A model generated the notes under the pieces. It made no database searches. It saw nothing but the letters and a program-made list of their open reading frames with translations, and was not told where the DNA came from. Below, in pieces: positions 38,091-51,892 of a DNA stretch of 64,000 nt. A program made the position numbers and the translations under genes. The stretch's first letter is position 1. Each line of letters starts with the position of its first letter. The DNA is from Octopus sinensis. Taxonomy: Eukaryota. The stretch spans positions 45,012,001-45,076,000 of the forward strand of contig NC_043009.1 in assembly GCF_006345805.1 (NCBI RefSeq). Reading direction: 5' to 3'.

Positions 38091-38880
38091 GAAGCATGAG
38101 ATGGAAGGCATACTTCTATGACCAAGTTACATCAGCCTCGGAGGTCAATAGTTACAACATTAAATTCAGACGGTTCCCACCTACAATCAAAGACCTTGAG
38201 GTCTTCGAAGCGGATCTACTGGGTATGAACTTCAAAGTGAGATTCCATAAGTCCTCCAATCCTTTTCAGCGCAAGCTTTCTTCTGAAATATACCAGATTG
38301 GGCTTTACTGTTCTCTGATAAACACACACACACACACACACAAAGAAGATGCCGTCATGTATGATAGGCTGTTAGAGAATAAAGGGTAAAGACCCCCTTC
38401 GGTCAGGCACTGACCATGGGTTTGCACCTAGAGAGATACCCTCTGAGGCACAAGTATGGGCAAGGTTGTTTTATGGAAGACCAGCAGTCGCCCATGCATA
38501 CCGGCCTCCCCTCTCCACGTCACCGATGTTGTCCAAGGGAAAGGCAAGGGCCGATACAGCTTGGCACCTGTGACGTCGCAACTCATTTCTACAGCTGAGT
38601 GAACTGGAGCAACGTGAAATAAAGTGCCTTGCTCAAGAACACAACACGCAGCCCCGTCCGGGATTCGAGCTCACAACCTCACGATCGTAAGCTCGACGCT
38701 CTAACCACTGAGCCATGCGCCTTCATGTTAGAGAATAACATCACACAAAATCATAGACACGTTTCACAAGACGCCTACAATAGCACAAACAACAACACCA
38801 AACAGGGTGGAAGAATCAGCTATGTGAAATGCTTTTATAGCCATTAATGATCACAAACCGAACTTCGCTTCCGACCACAA
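38091..38880 (+). mobile_element. Penelope-like element ORF fragment, interrupted by a SINE
   Basis: MRWKAYF, PPTIKDLEVFEADL, NPFQRKL, YDRLLENNIT and DHKPNF resemble the pre-RT region of GIY-YIG Penelope-like elements. Confidence 0.7.
38383..38725 (-). mobile_element. CORE-type SINE (family C head, different tail) with 13-bp TSD
   Basis: TSD TGTTAGAGAATAA at 38370-38382 and 38726-38738; a tail fragment also occurs at about 7167-7232. Confidence 0.9.
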
Positions 38881-39429
38881 GTAATATGTTGAAGCCACGG
38901 AGGTCCCCTTTTCGCTGCAACTAAATAACCACAGACGTAAGGTGTTTAAAAGAAGAGGGAACACTATACAGAATTAAATAGAAGCTTCTGAATGGAAGTA
39001 GACGCAGGGAACTTTGCTCGCCCGAGAGGGCAAGGATCCTAAAAGATTTGCTTGATCTGGTGCCTTCTTAAATTAAAAAAGGGAAATTTCTAGTCAGTGC
39101 CCTTACGATAAAAATTCATATTAGAAACATAGGCTTCTCTGCTTGCTGACTGATGAATGGAAAAACGTAGATAAACTGGTTCTTTTCGAACAGAACTGGA
39201 ACCGTTCAAGGGGATGTAACACCGTCTCTCCCAGTCCCAGAAGTAGTTTTCAGGGCAATTTCACCACCAAGCTGACCAAGATTGTAATTTTGCTTCCATT
39301 AGTAAAGAAGTAATGTACCTCAGTAGCAGTTCTGCTATGTCACCAATATCGTTAAGTGCAATAATAGACATGAAACCAATGGTAACTTTCTGACCGACCA
39401 TAACGAACGACTATGTATACACACACACA

Positions 39430-39549
<120 letters not shown>

Positions 39550-39597
39550 GTATGTATGTATGTATGTCTGTATGTATGTATGTATGTATGTATGAAT

Positions 39598-39755
39598 AAG
39601 TGTGGCTGTGTGACAAGAAAGTTGTATCCTAGCTACATGGTTCTGTGTTAAGTCCTAAAGTGCGGTATCTTGGGCAAGTGTCTACTACAGCCTTGAGTCG
39701 GCCGAAACCTTGTGAGTGGGTTTGGTAGACGGAAACTGAAAAAAGCTCATCGTAC
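39598..39755 (+). mobile_element. SINE family A 5' half, degenerate
   Basis: TGGCTGTGTGACAAG...TTGGGCAAGTGTC...GGAAACTGAAA. Confidence 0.8.
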
Positions 39756-39771
39756 ATAATATATACATACA

Positions 39772-39807
<36 letters not shown>

Positions 39808-40149
39808 TATATGTATAAAACATGTGATAAAGACGGAAAATGGAACACATGGGAAGCTTTATTGCTCACAACAATCGTTTCTACACATCCTGGATCGATC
39901 CCTCCTTCGTTGGTGGGAAACTATATAACTAGTTGTGCTGTATCCCTCGGTGCAGAAGCTTCTTGTCAGGGGATGTAATAAGAGGTATCACGTTAAGGGA
40001 ACTCTTTTGTTAGTAACCTTAGGTTTAAGGTGTTAGGCAGGAATGGCAAGGGACAGATTCCGTTGTAAAGTTATGAATACACAGATAGAGAGTAATTAAA
40101 AAAAATAAGAAAAATAAGAAGAATAAGGAGAATAAAACATACAATAAAC

Positions 40150-40243
<94 letters not shown>

Positions 40244-40247
<4 letters not shown>

Positions 40248-40423
40248 GGAAAGTTTACGAAAATAAACAAAAGACGAAGGCAGGTGGTGTACAACAAACA
40301 GATGTATTAGTATAGCGCTCAGGAATAGAAAAAAATCTTTTACGTTTCGAAAGATACACAGAAAAAACAAGGAGAGAAACAAGGAGAGAAAAAAGGAGAG
40401 AAAAAAGGAGAGAAAAAAGGAGA

Positions 40424-40425
<2 letters not shown>
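40244..40425 (-). mobile_element. Short repeat fragment embedded in (TA)n, with a (GGAGAGAAAAAA)n end
   Basis: Flanked on both sides by TA tracts; minus strand has CGAAACGTA. Confidence 0.45.
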
Positions 40426-40473
<48 letters not shown>

Positions 40474-41202
40474 GTATGTACCAAGCAAGTACTAGGTCGA
40501 TGCAACCGAGTAACCCTCCGCTCTCTAAAATTGCTGGCGTTATGCTAAAATTTGAAACCGTGGTATTTTGTTGGTGTTGTTAATGTTATTGCCAATGTTC
40601 TTGCTATTGCTTTTGTTGTTACTAACTTACATTGTATTTGCAGAAACAATTTAGAATAGACACTACAAGGTTTCTAAGGCATCGACAATCAAGAATTCCA
40701 ATACGATGTTGGAATGTATGAGAACATGGACAAAATAACAGCATTGAAGGTTGGCATTTAACAAATGAGTAGCCATTATGCATCCTATATTACATAGATT
40801 AGTTTAGAAAATTAAACGTGAGCAAAGTGCAAATGAGGTAATTATCTCGCAACTGTCTGGTGGTATTGATGGCTCAGCAAGAAACAGACATTATGGTGCA
40901 GAGAATGAATGACTTAAGAATATTGTAATTAGAAGATCCTGCTGTTAATGATTGATTGATTAATTAATTATCTATTTTCTCTAGCACTTAAATTATGAAA
41001 ATGGTACAAGGAGAACATTCTTAAAGTTCTCTGATTGCTGTTTTTTTCTTTTAAAAATTAATATTTTGGGATGGAAATTCTATTTTTATTTTATATTAAA
41101 GATTATTTTACATTTAAAGTTATTCTTTAAAAAAGTTACGATAAACGAGCATTTAATGAAATCCCGTGTCATATTTTAGCAGCAATAAGCTTAAACGTTC
41201 GA

Positions 41203-41242
<40 letters not shown>

Positions 41243-41454
41243 ATATATACACACACACACACACACACACAAGATGCGATGGGTAAATTGTCACCATTTT
41301 TATTTTTAATTTCGCGCATACGCATTGTTTGTTTTTCATTTTTGTCGGGTACACAGTATAGTAGGGTCAGTTGGGCACCATCTGTGAGACAAACAGCACC
41401 ATGACGCAGTTCACTCTGCCAGAAATCTGGGAACGACATGCTGTACTGCTTGGC

Positions 41455-41640
41455 ATTCGCGCCGGATGCTCCAAAATTTCTGCCAGGATCAGATGGTGAA
41501 CACACAGAACAACTGTTGGCGTGCCGTGTCTCCAAAACATGTATCAAGAGTGATAAAAAACAAACTTCCAGTGAACATCATGGTATTTGGAGTGATCAAT
41601 AGTGATGGCGACGTTATACCTACATTCATCTTCCCTATGA
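41455..41640 (+). mobile_element. maT/Tc1-like transposase fragment
   Basis: NTQNNCW...VNIMVFGVINSDGDVIPTFIFP parallels the same region of the 26537 element. Confidence 0.65.
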
Positions 41641-42724
41641 ACTTACAGACGAAATTCCAAAGTAACAAGAAGCTGACTGAAACAACAACAACAACAACAC
41701 ACACACATGCACTGACGCACATATACACACACTCACATATCCACGCGACAGGTGTCCACAGAGATACTCTGCCAAATTCATTTACAAGGCTTTGGTTAGC
41801 TCGAGTCAGTTTTAAAAGATGCTTGTCGAAGGTGCTACAAAGTGTGACAGAACACAAATCGATATGGTTGCGAATGGTTGCGAAGCGAATTGAGGCGCTG
41901 AATCTATAGGTTTCTATTCAAACTGAAGTGACAATTGGTTATCGTCATCATCAACAAGCGTATAACTAAAAGCATTTCAGCAATTTCCAATATGAAAGCA
42001 AGTTCATATAACCTGGGGTTTCTTAGATGCGTGGGTGGAAGATGCATTAGTGGGAAATGGAAGAATTGGGGGTGTGGGTAGGTGTGCGAAGTGTGAAGTG
42101 TGTTGGATGGGAGGTATATGGAAGGCGCGTGTGCGCGTGTGTTATATTTTAGTTTTGTAGTTGGTTGTGTAACATTTTCTGTAGTGAATTTCGGGTTCTT
42201 GTATGTTAAAGGAAATGGATCTTAACGCATTAATTACTTCTGTTTTGTAGCTGTAAACGTCCCTGCAGTATTATCTTCACGAGGTAATATTTATCCCTAC
42301 TAAAACGTGGATGTTCTGTTGGAACAACCTATACTGCAGTAGATGCTATGAGAGAATGGTGCTGGAGATGGCGGGAATTTATCTCCCTGCCAGCGATATA
42401 AACTAAAGTGAATTTCGCACCAAAAACCAATATGAGTATTTCTCTCGTGTATCTACCGCAGTATAATTTCTTCTTACAGAACATCAACGTATAAGGGGTG
42501 ATAAATATCTCTCAGTATTAATACTGCACGCTGAACAAAACGCTTGGCGGTGTGTCTTCAGGCTTTACGTTCCGAGTTCAAAAATCCGCTGAGGACGACT
42601 TTGCCTTTCCTTCTTTGGGGATTGATAAAATAAACACCATTTGAGCACTGGGGTTAATGTAATCTACTAGCTTCCTGTTTCCAAAATTCAGGCCTTTCCA
42701 AAATACAGTAAAAAGGATTATTAT

Positions 42725-44110
42725 CTCCCTCTGTTAGTTATGTCTTACCACTTAAAATCTACCCCTAGTTTGTGTCTGTAAACTTCCCTACACTATTCTC
42801 TCTATTACTTATGCGTTAGCACGCTAATATCTACCCTTGCTTTGGTATAATTCATTCAAAGAATATTCTCTGTCTATCTGTTATTTCATTTGCTTTGCTT
42901 AGCCGGTCACCACATTTAATTTTAGCAACTTGACATTTAGGTAACTTTGGTTAGATCTTCAACCATTTGCTATGATTTTCTCCCTTTATTTGCTATGCAT
43001 TTCTTTCTTTATTTGCTCCTCCGTGCATTCCATCCCTTCACATATTCCTTTAATCCAAGTTTCTTTCACTGCTTTAATTCCCTTTTTTTACTTTCTTACT
43101 GACCAATCTATATTCCAGTTCTGCTCTTTCTTTCGTTTCTGTTTCAGATCTCTCCTTTCATCACAACTGATTAAAACATCTTTATTCATCCAGAGGATTC
43201 TTAACTTTCTTCTTTTAACCAATAATTCTGTCGGCTGTTGTTATTATTTCTTCAAAGGCACCTGATAATTCTCCAACATTTGCATCCAATAAAAGGTGCG
43301 AATTTTCCTCCTATATACGCTTTATATTCTACTGTTATGTTCGTCTTTTCCAAGATCATATTTTATTCTTATATTTTGGTTCCTGATTTGAGCGTAATTG
43401 TTATTACCCTCATTAAAACTTTGTGATCGCTGCCAGTATCTGCATGTGTAAAAAATCATGGATTAGCTCCGTTTATACTCGATTTATAGCTTTACGGAAA
43501 GAGAATAAAATTACTCTGGTTATTAGACACTCTTCAAAATGGAAGCCTTGTTATTGTTCTCGAACATTTTATGTTGATGTACCATATTTGCTAAAATTAG
43601 TTTACGTTCTTTTGCGAATTCTAATAATTCTTTTCTTATCTTAGATATCCCCATAAGTCACATTTACCAAATGTTCATTTCCAAGTATTATGAACATTTA
43701 ATCCAATCTTTCCATGCCATTCACTTTGAATTAAAAGAATATCTTTTTTTTCTTGTTTTGTTTGCTAGCTGTTTTTCTCGATTTTCATAGAATTTTTCCA
43801 TTTCATCATTATTACAACCGCTTGCAGGTACATAAATTTGGATGATTAAGATATTGTACGGCTTAGCTTGCAGTTTTGTTGTGCAATATTCTGCTACAAA
43901 TCTGTGTATAATGTATTATTGACTTGACGGTATTTTCATACCCCATAAAATCTACACCCTTTCAGATTTGTTTTTCTTCCCCCTTAACGATATTTTATGC
44001 CCATTATTTGCCATGAATTCTCTACATTTCGTCCATCAATCTCATTACTATTCCAAGAATATCTCTTGATTTCGTAAGTCAGTTGTTGCGTTTTCCCAGG
44101 GTAATAAATA
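42725..44110 (-). mobile_element. Highly decayed RTE-like LINE (endonuclease and linker)
   Basis: Minus strand KLQAKPYNILIIQIYVPAS..DEMEKFYE and LLEFAKERKL; purine-rich minus strand. Confidence 0.6.
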
Positions 44111-44682
44111 GACAGCACATTGCAATTGCCAAACATAAAGAAATGATGGCATGCCTTTGACTTTTGATTTAATTCTGTAGCAATTTATTGATTCTAAATA
44201 AACATCACAGGGTATAGTCGTTTCTATCCCAAAGCCCGTCCGATCTGGTACAGCATTTAAGTCTGATTGTGTCTTCATACAGTGTTTCAAGAGGAAGGTA
44301 ACCTCGTGATCCATATTTCCCCTTCATGTATGGTTAGTCGTTGACTTCTCTAGGAGACGCTCTTTCAGTTTTTGCTAGATTTTATTTTTCATCTTTTGCG
44401 TCTCGACACTCTTTCAGAAAACATTACGAAAATATAACCTTGTTCTACAGATTATGGCTTTTGAGGTCTTTGACCTTTTGTCATAAGTACGCAAACCATT
44501 TAATTATTTCATTACTAGTTTTCCATCTCTTTCCACAGATCTGATTGCTTCACTCCTAGGAATTCAATACGTCTTCCATAAAGAGAAGAAACAAAATGGA
44601 ACTTATGACATTCATAACTTCCATTTTGTTTCCATTCTTTTTCTCAAGAACATTATTGATGTTAATGAATTGAAATAATTAT

Positions 44683-45135
44683 TCAAATATGAAATAGAAC
44701 CAGCGCTAGTGTAATAAACATTATCGACCATACATACTTAACAAACATACACTGTATATTTGCCGGTAGGTTGCAATTTGGCGTGGTGGCGATTACTCTC
44801 TCAAAGTGCCGGATGTTAAAGCACCTGAAAGTCATGGACTGGTGAGAAAACTCACACCAAATTCCATTCGGGAGTGATGGACATCGAGTTTTTGCCAATT
44901 TTGTGGCTTATCAACATCACGTACCCGAACCAAGTCGTAGGTGAATAGATCAACAGTCCACGACTTATATGCATATAGTGTAAACACTATGTGCCGGTAT
45001 ATCCGGACGATGAATTGTTTTGAATAAATTCAAATATGAAATAGAAGCAGCGCTAGTGTAATAAACATTATCGACCATACATAGTTAATGTAAAAGCCCT
45101 ATGTATTTGCCGGTAGGCTGCGATTTGGCGTGGTG
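44683..45135. repeat. Direct repeat of about 105 bp (about 44683-44789 and 45029-45135)
   Basis: TTCAAATATGAAATAGAA.CAGCGCTAGTGTAATAAACATTATCGACCATACATA occurs twice. Confidence 0.9.
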
Positions 45136-45734
45136 GAAATAATTATATTCGACATCGAATCTAGACTGTGACCTTCAGTTTGATTCCTTTGGAATGTAAC
45201 TTTTATTTCATCATAGTCATTTCCTTATACTCCTTATTCTTTAATACTCCTTATTCCTTAATACACTTCAAAGCAAATGATGGAAATTAATCATTTAACG
45301 GAACCCAAGTCTCTATGAGGTTCAACAATCAACTCCTGTTACTCCTCATAGTTAAGAGGAAAAGAGAGATATATTCTCCTGATTTGAACGCTAATCACTC
45401 TGAAGGAAATCAGGTGAACACGTTGGTGTAGCTGAAATATCCGTTTCCGAAACATAACAAAACATGCATAGGATCTGAAATGACCACCCTTTCGTTAACA
45501 GTAATTCGGTGCGTCTAAATGTAAATAAGGACTTATTACAAAAGGATTATGACACTATTTGCTCAGCGCATTAGGAACGGTCGCGCTAATCAACCTGAGA
45601 TTATGACTGGTATTTATTTAATCTAGTTGAAAGGAAAAGCCGATCATTGCCACAAGTTTTGAATTTATAAATTAGAGGGATAAAACTAAATTCTTCAGCA
45701 TATTCGTTTCTATCAGTTCACTCTCATTCTTGAG

Positions 45735-46142
45735 CAGTGATTCTCTAACAGGGTCGTTTGATGGCAGAAACGTTAGCACGCCGGGCGAAATGCTTAGCCA
45801 TATTTCGTCTGCCGTTACGTTCTGGGTTCAAATTCCGCCGAGGTCGACTTAGCCTTTCATCCTTTCAGGGTCGATAAATTAAGTACCAGTTACACACTGG
45901 GGTTGATGTAATCGGCTTGATACCTTTGTCTGTCCTTGTTTGTCCCCTCTGTGTGTAGCCCCTTTTGGGTAGTAAATAAATAAATAAATTGCTTACACTA
46001 CTACAATACACTAAATATTTTAATAATTTTTTAAAATGCAATTCCTAATAATATTTAATTATAAAAATATAAGATTTTTTTAGACAACAAATGGTTATGA
46101 GGGTCCATCTGAGTGAAAGAGAAAAATGGTTGAGAAATACTA
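45735..46142. mobile_element. Degenerate hAT-like MITE containing a SINE family B copy (about 45762-45985, +)
   Basis: CAGTGATTCTC left end and GGTTGAGAAATACT right end; SINE B body inside. Confidence 0.55.
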
Positions 46143-46159
46143 TTCTACAGCGTAAGTAA

Positions 46160-46290
46160 CAGTTGGAATAACGGAATAAAATAGTTGGAACAAGAGAATA
46201 AAATAGTTCGAACAAGAAAATAAAATAGATGGAACAAGAGAATAAAATAGTTGGAACAAGAGAATAAAATAGTTGGAATAAGAGAATAAT
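46160..46290. repeat. 22-bp minisatellite (AATAAAATAGTTGGAACAAGAG), about 6 copies
   Basis: Direct reading. Confidence 0.92.
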
Positions 46291-46885
46291 ATAAAATAAA
46301 ATGGAAATGATAAAATTGAATTGAAGTGTTCAGTAGATAGAATAGTATTTAGATTTGTAAGAAACTGAAAATAGATCAACCTGAACCGTTTTACAGACAA
46401 GATAACAATACTGCAGAAAGCAGCGATATTTTTATACTGTGAAAATGGTTCTGGAATCTGCAGACATTTCTTTGTTCTCACACCGGAAGTAGAGTGTCTG
46501 GTGAAAGAGAACTGAAGTATCGATGAACTGCCTGACATTTTATTACAACGTAAATTTCATTTGAATAATAAATTTTAAGTAAGATTGTCGTTTATATTAT
46601 TATCGTTTTGTATTAGTTTATCGTTCGTAGCCGATAATAAGATAATATAGTTTAGTATTCACAAAGCGAAACATATTGTTATTATGCATGGCACTTACCG
46701 AACAAAGAGCCACTACAAACGATAAATCATAAACTGCAAGTTAATATGTAACGAAAGTAATTAAAATCTTCACTTATCCTATCAATATTTCGATTTATTG
46801 TGAAGTTCATGAGTTTGGATAAGGTCGTATGTCGCGGGAAAAAAAAAAGAGATTCAAATGTTTCGGGGTTAACCCTTCATTCCTT

Positions 46886-47105
46886 ATCTTTTACTTGTTT
46901 CAGACATTGTATTGTGGCCGTGCTGGGGCATCGTCTTGAAGAGATTTAATCAAACAGATCAACTCCAGTAATTATGTTTTTCTTTTTAAGTCAGCGACTT
47001 ATTCTATCGTTTTACTTTTTCCCAACCGCTAGGTTACGGGGATATAAACAAACCAACAACAATTATCAATTGGTGGTGACACACACACAAACATACACAC
47101 ACACA

Positions 47106-47153
<48 letters not shown>

Positions 47154-47270
47154 CTCTCTCTCACACACACAAGGAGTCTCTCAGTTTCCGTTTACCAGAT
47201 CTACTCGCAAGGCTTTGATGAGCCTGAGGTTATAGTAGAAGACACTTGCCCATGGTGCCACGCAGTGAGG
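46886..47270 (-). mobile_element. Old SINE family A copy
   Basis: Diverged tail, (CA)n centre and GAAGACACTTGCCCA motif. Confidence 0.8.
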
Positions 47271-48566
47271 TTCCACCCTACCCTCCACAAGGGTTTTGAC
47301 TTATCCAATATAGTAGATTGGCAGAGTAAGTAGAGTGACAGACAAACTGCTTTGTGGTATTTAGTGCATACCTTTACGTCTCGAGTTCATATTTATACGT
47401 AAGAAAACAGAAATGCAAAACTATATTATTAGTTAGAAATTGATTTATTTTAACTAGTTAGAAATTAATTCTGAGTCGCTGTGTTGATTCTGTTTTTGAA
47501 AAAAAATCCTTGAAAACGTCTGAAGTTCAACCCTATTGTCCTATGGAAATGACTTAGCCATGAATAAATGGCATTCATTGCCGTGGAAATAGCTGGTCAC
47601 TTTGCAATGAGTAAATGACATTCGTTGTCTTGTGGAAAGCTAGTTAAATGTTGGTTACTTATGCAGAACGGTTCCTTTAACCTGGTTGAGATAACTCACA
47701 GTCCACAGTTCTTGGGGTCAAAAACTAGCATCAAACACGACGTATCTATACTTTTTTTCAGTTGAACCAGTGAGGCCGATGGGGTGTGCAATGTCATACC
47801 GTAGATTCTAGATTGGTACGAATGAAAAAAATTCTTATCTGTACATTTGTATCATCCCCAAATTGTTCCTCTATTTCACATCAGACCACAGCAGAAGAGA
47901 AATCTTATAGTCAAACCTGAAACAGATCTGGGGTAGAGAAGGAATATCATTGATGAAGTCGCGAATGACATTTGACCGACAAAACTCATTGGTTGATTAA
48001 CCGAACGATTAGTCAAACAATCGATGAGTTAATTATTAAAGGATTAACCAATTGACTAATAATAAAGGAAGTGAAATAGAACGGGTGTGTGTGTGTGTTT
48101 ATTGGCAAAATGGCCCTCCCAAGAAACAATAAAATCTGTAGTTGTCTTTCGACCTGTTAGAAATTCTGAGTGTGTGAGTGTGTGTGTGATTCCAATGGTT
48201 TTTTTTTACAATCTGAAAGATGTAACTTTTTTATGTTTATTGTGAAAAAATCGAGATATAGCTGTGGTGAGCTCTTGATGAGACTTCTTGAAAGATCTCA
48301 GAATTTTATCTCAGTAATTATTGAAATAAAATTCTGGCCGTTACCGACAAACACTGAGTAAATTTTTCCCTCAGCTGCGTCTTAGTGTATTAAGAAGAAA
48401 AGAGAACATACTGGATTGTGTAGATCCTAATATACTAACAGGCAGGATGGTCATGGTTAAAATGCTTTTGACAATAGATCTACCTAGTCGGGCAGACCTA
48501 GGACTAAGCAATAACAACGAAAACCACCCTTATCACCAGCACCAATAGCTTCAACAGCATCAGCAG

Positions 48567-48762
48567 TGGAGGCGCAATGGCCCAGTGGTTAGGGCAGTGG
48601 AAACGTGGTCGTAAGAACGCGGTTTCGATTCCTAGACCGGGCATTGTAAATGTTTATTGAGCAAAAACACCTAAGCTCCACGAGGCTCCGGTGGTGGTGG
48701 TGGTGGTGAACCCCGCTGTACTCTTTCACCACAACTTTCTCCCACTCTTTCTCCCTACTTCT
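48567..48762 (+). mobile_element. SINE family D 5' part
   Basis: GTGGAGGCGCAATGGCCCAGTGGTTAGGGCAG matches 27216. Confidence 0.85.
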
Positions 48763-49811
48763 ACCACAAAGCAGAGGAACCATGGTGTAACCCACTATGG
48801 TGTGGTAAACTTTCAGACCCTAGTCTACATTGCGAATCCTCTGTACTCCAGGATGGTTCAGCTCTCCACCCGTTAAAAGCCACCGTTTACGGAATGAGGT
48901 TAACGACATAGCTTTCGCGCCAGTGCAACCGCCAGTCTATCGCGTGTGGTGGGTGGATCTTCAAGTTGCCACACGCATTCTTAGTAGCTTAGAGTAGGCT
49001 CGAATTAGATATTATTCTTTATGGCTAAGGGCGTGAGTCCTGATTGGAAGAAGAAGAAGAAGAAGAAGAAGAAGAAGAAGAAGAAGACAGTATCAGCACT
49101 ACCAGCATCAGCATCAGCATCAACAGCATCAGCAGCAGCAGCACCACCACCACCACCACCACCACCGCCACCATCTTATTAATATTACCAGCGTGAAGAA
49201 TTTATACTAGAATGCCACATCGTTTTGTCATTCTTTTGTCAATATGTGTAAAAATTATAGTAATTAATTGCAGTTGTTCAAGTAATTAACTGGCATTTAA
49301 AAGTTTACGCGTTCTGGAAATTACTGTAATTCCGGTTAAAATTAACAAGTGTTCTCCTTTTAATTGTATCGCCAAAAATAAGAGAAAAGAAAAGTAAAAG
49401 CAAACCAAATTTAAAAAAAAATGAACTGAAAATAAACGAGACCTTACAATAACGGCCATCACAAATTCAACACGAAGCCAGTTCTGTTACCACGTCTTTT
49501 GTTGTTTGGCACAAAGCAATTTTAACGCGTTCATGAACTTAGGTAGGGCTATCGTAATTCAACTACATGTAAATTTAATAACTGAGTGTGCACAACAACT
49601 TAATAGGTAATTGGGGTTATGACTATATGATGATGTGAACTGAGAAAACAAAAAAAGGAAAAGAATGGACTGCAGGTATACCACATACAAGAAAAATTAT
49701 AGAATATTAAATACAAGTTAATTGGTAGGATAATGAGCAGTTCTGGTGAGTATTCACTTTGTCAGCTACTGCAATAAAGACAGCCACCAGTTTAGTCACA
49801 CAATATATAGC

Positions 49812-50154
49812 AGTTGCAAGGCTGCGTGGTAAGAAGCTTGCTTCTTAACCATATGGTCCGGGTTCAGTCCCACTCTGTGGCACCTTGGGCAAGTGTCTTC
49901 TACTGTAGCCTTGGACCGACCAAAGCCTTGTGAGTAGATTTGGTAGACGGAGACTGAAAGAAGCCTGTCTACCAAATATATACAAAATTAAGAGGAATGG
50001 CCCCTAAAGTGGACGTCTATGTTTAGCATATTTGTGTCCACTTTAGTGGTCATTCCCTAAATTTTGTATCTAACACAATTTTTAATCTTCGGAATTTTTT
50101 AAATATGCTAAGCCACTGGTTTTAATTGATTAATATCAATTTCTACGCTTATTA

Positions 50155-50242
<88 letters not shown>

Positions 50243-50513
50243 TTATATATATATATATTTATATATATATTTATATATATATATTTATATATATATATTT
50301 ATATATATATTTTTGTGTGTCTGTGTTTGTCTCCCCACCATCGTTTGACAACCGATGGTGGTGTGTTTATCTACGTCCTCGTAACTTAGCGGTTCGGCCA
50401 AAGAGACCGATAGAATAAGTACTAGGCTTACAAAGAATAAGTCCAGTGGTCGATTTCTTCGACTAAAAAGAACCTTTTAAGGTGGTGCTCAAATGACTGA
50501 AACAAGAAAAAGA

Positions 50514-50515
<2 letters not shown>
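49812..50515 (+). mobile_element. SINE family A split by a fold-back insert and (TA)n
   Basis: 5' half to about 49968; 3' half from about 50315. Confidence 0.82.
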
Positions 50516-50590
<75 letters not shown>

Positions 50591-50624
50591 GTGTGTGTGT
50601 GTGTGTGGTGTGTGTGTGTGTGTG

Positions 50625-50655
<31 letters not shown>

Positions 50656-50889
50656 TTTATTGCAATGTTTTTTTTTACAGCCTGAAAGATGTTGCCTTTA
50701 TACAGTGTAAAGAACCTGAATCCATCTGAGCTGTTTTACAGATAAAGCATCTTGAAAGTTGTAATTTCTGAAATAAAACTCCTACATGCTGTCACTAAAC
50801 GCTTTGAGTATATTTTATGATTCGCAGGTATCTTACTCTCATGAATATAGACACCTGCATTATACACACACTCACGCACACACACACAT

Positions 50890-50935
<46 letters not shown>

Positions 50936-51328
50936 GCACACACACACACGCACACTCGCATGTACTCACGCGCACACTTATACATCCATGTAGAAAATAT
51001 TGGGTTATTTTTGTCAAAATTTTCAGTGAATACAATATTTTGTCCCCAAACTAAAGATTTAGTTCGGTTCCTCTACCTATTTTCCTTCTATCACCCATGA
51101 TCCATCACTCCCTATATTTCCGGATAATTGTCTGTCATAGCTTATACACCGCTATATCTTCAATATCCTATGTTTTGTACCATATTTGCTGAATATTATT
51201 ATTTAAAATTTTAAACCTTCAAACATAGACCATTTTCCTTTTTTAAGTTGTTCTTTCTCTTTTTATTTTTCCTCTCTGTTTATCTTAATAATTTTGCACT
51301 CAATATTGGTCGGCAAAAAAAAAAAAAA

Positions 51329-51892
51329 AAGGTGGCGAGCTGGCAGAAACGTTAGCACGTATTTCGTCTGCCGCTACGTTCTGAGTTCAAATTCCGCCGA
51401 GGTCGACTTTGCCTTTCATCCTTTCGGGGTCGATAAATTAAGTACCAGTTACGCACTGGGGTCGATGTAATCGACTTAATCCGTTTGTCTGTCCTTATTT
51501 GTCCCCTCTGTGTTTAGCCCCTTGTGGGTAGTAAAGAAATAGGTATTTCGTCTGCCGCTACGTTCTGAGTTCAAATTCCGCCGAGGTCGACTTTGCCTTT
51601 CATCCTTTCGCGGTCAATAAATTAAGTACCAGTTACGCACTGGGGTCGATGTAATCGACTTAATCCGTTTGTCTGTCCTTGTTTGTCCTCCCTGTGTTTA
51701 GCTCATTGTGGGTGGTAAAAACATAGGTATTTCATCTGTCTTTACGATCTGAGTTCAAATTCCACCGAAGTTGACTTTGCCTTTCATCCTATTGGGGTCG
51801 ATAAATTAAGTACCAATTGCGTACTGGGGTCGATCTAATCGAATGGCCCACTCCACCAAAATTTCGAGCCTTGTCCCTAGAGTCGAAAAGAA
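51329..51892 (+). mobile_element. Tandem trimer of SINE family B
   Basis: Units restart at GGTATTTC directly after the AAAGAAATA-type tail (51542, 51726). Confidence 0.92.

Noticed and set aside
46160-46290. 22-bp periodic repeat as CRISPR or a coding repeat
   Set aside because: No unique spacers; it is a plain minisatellite.
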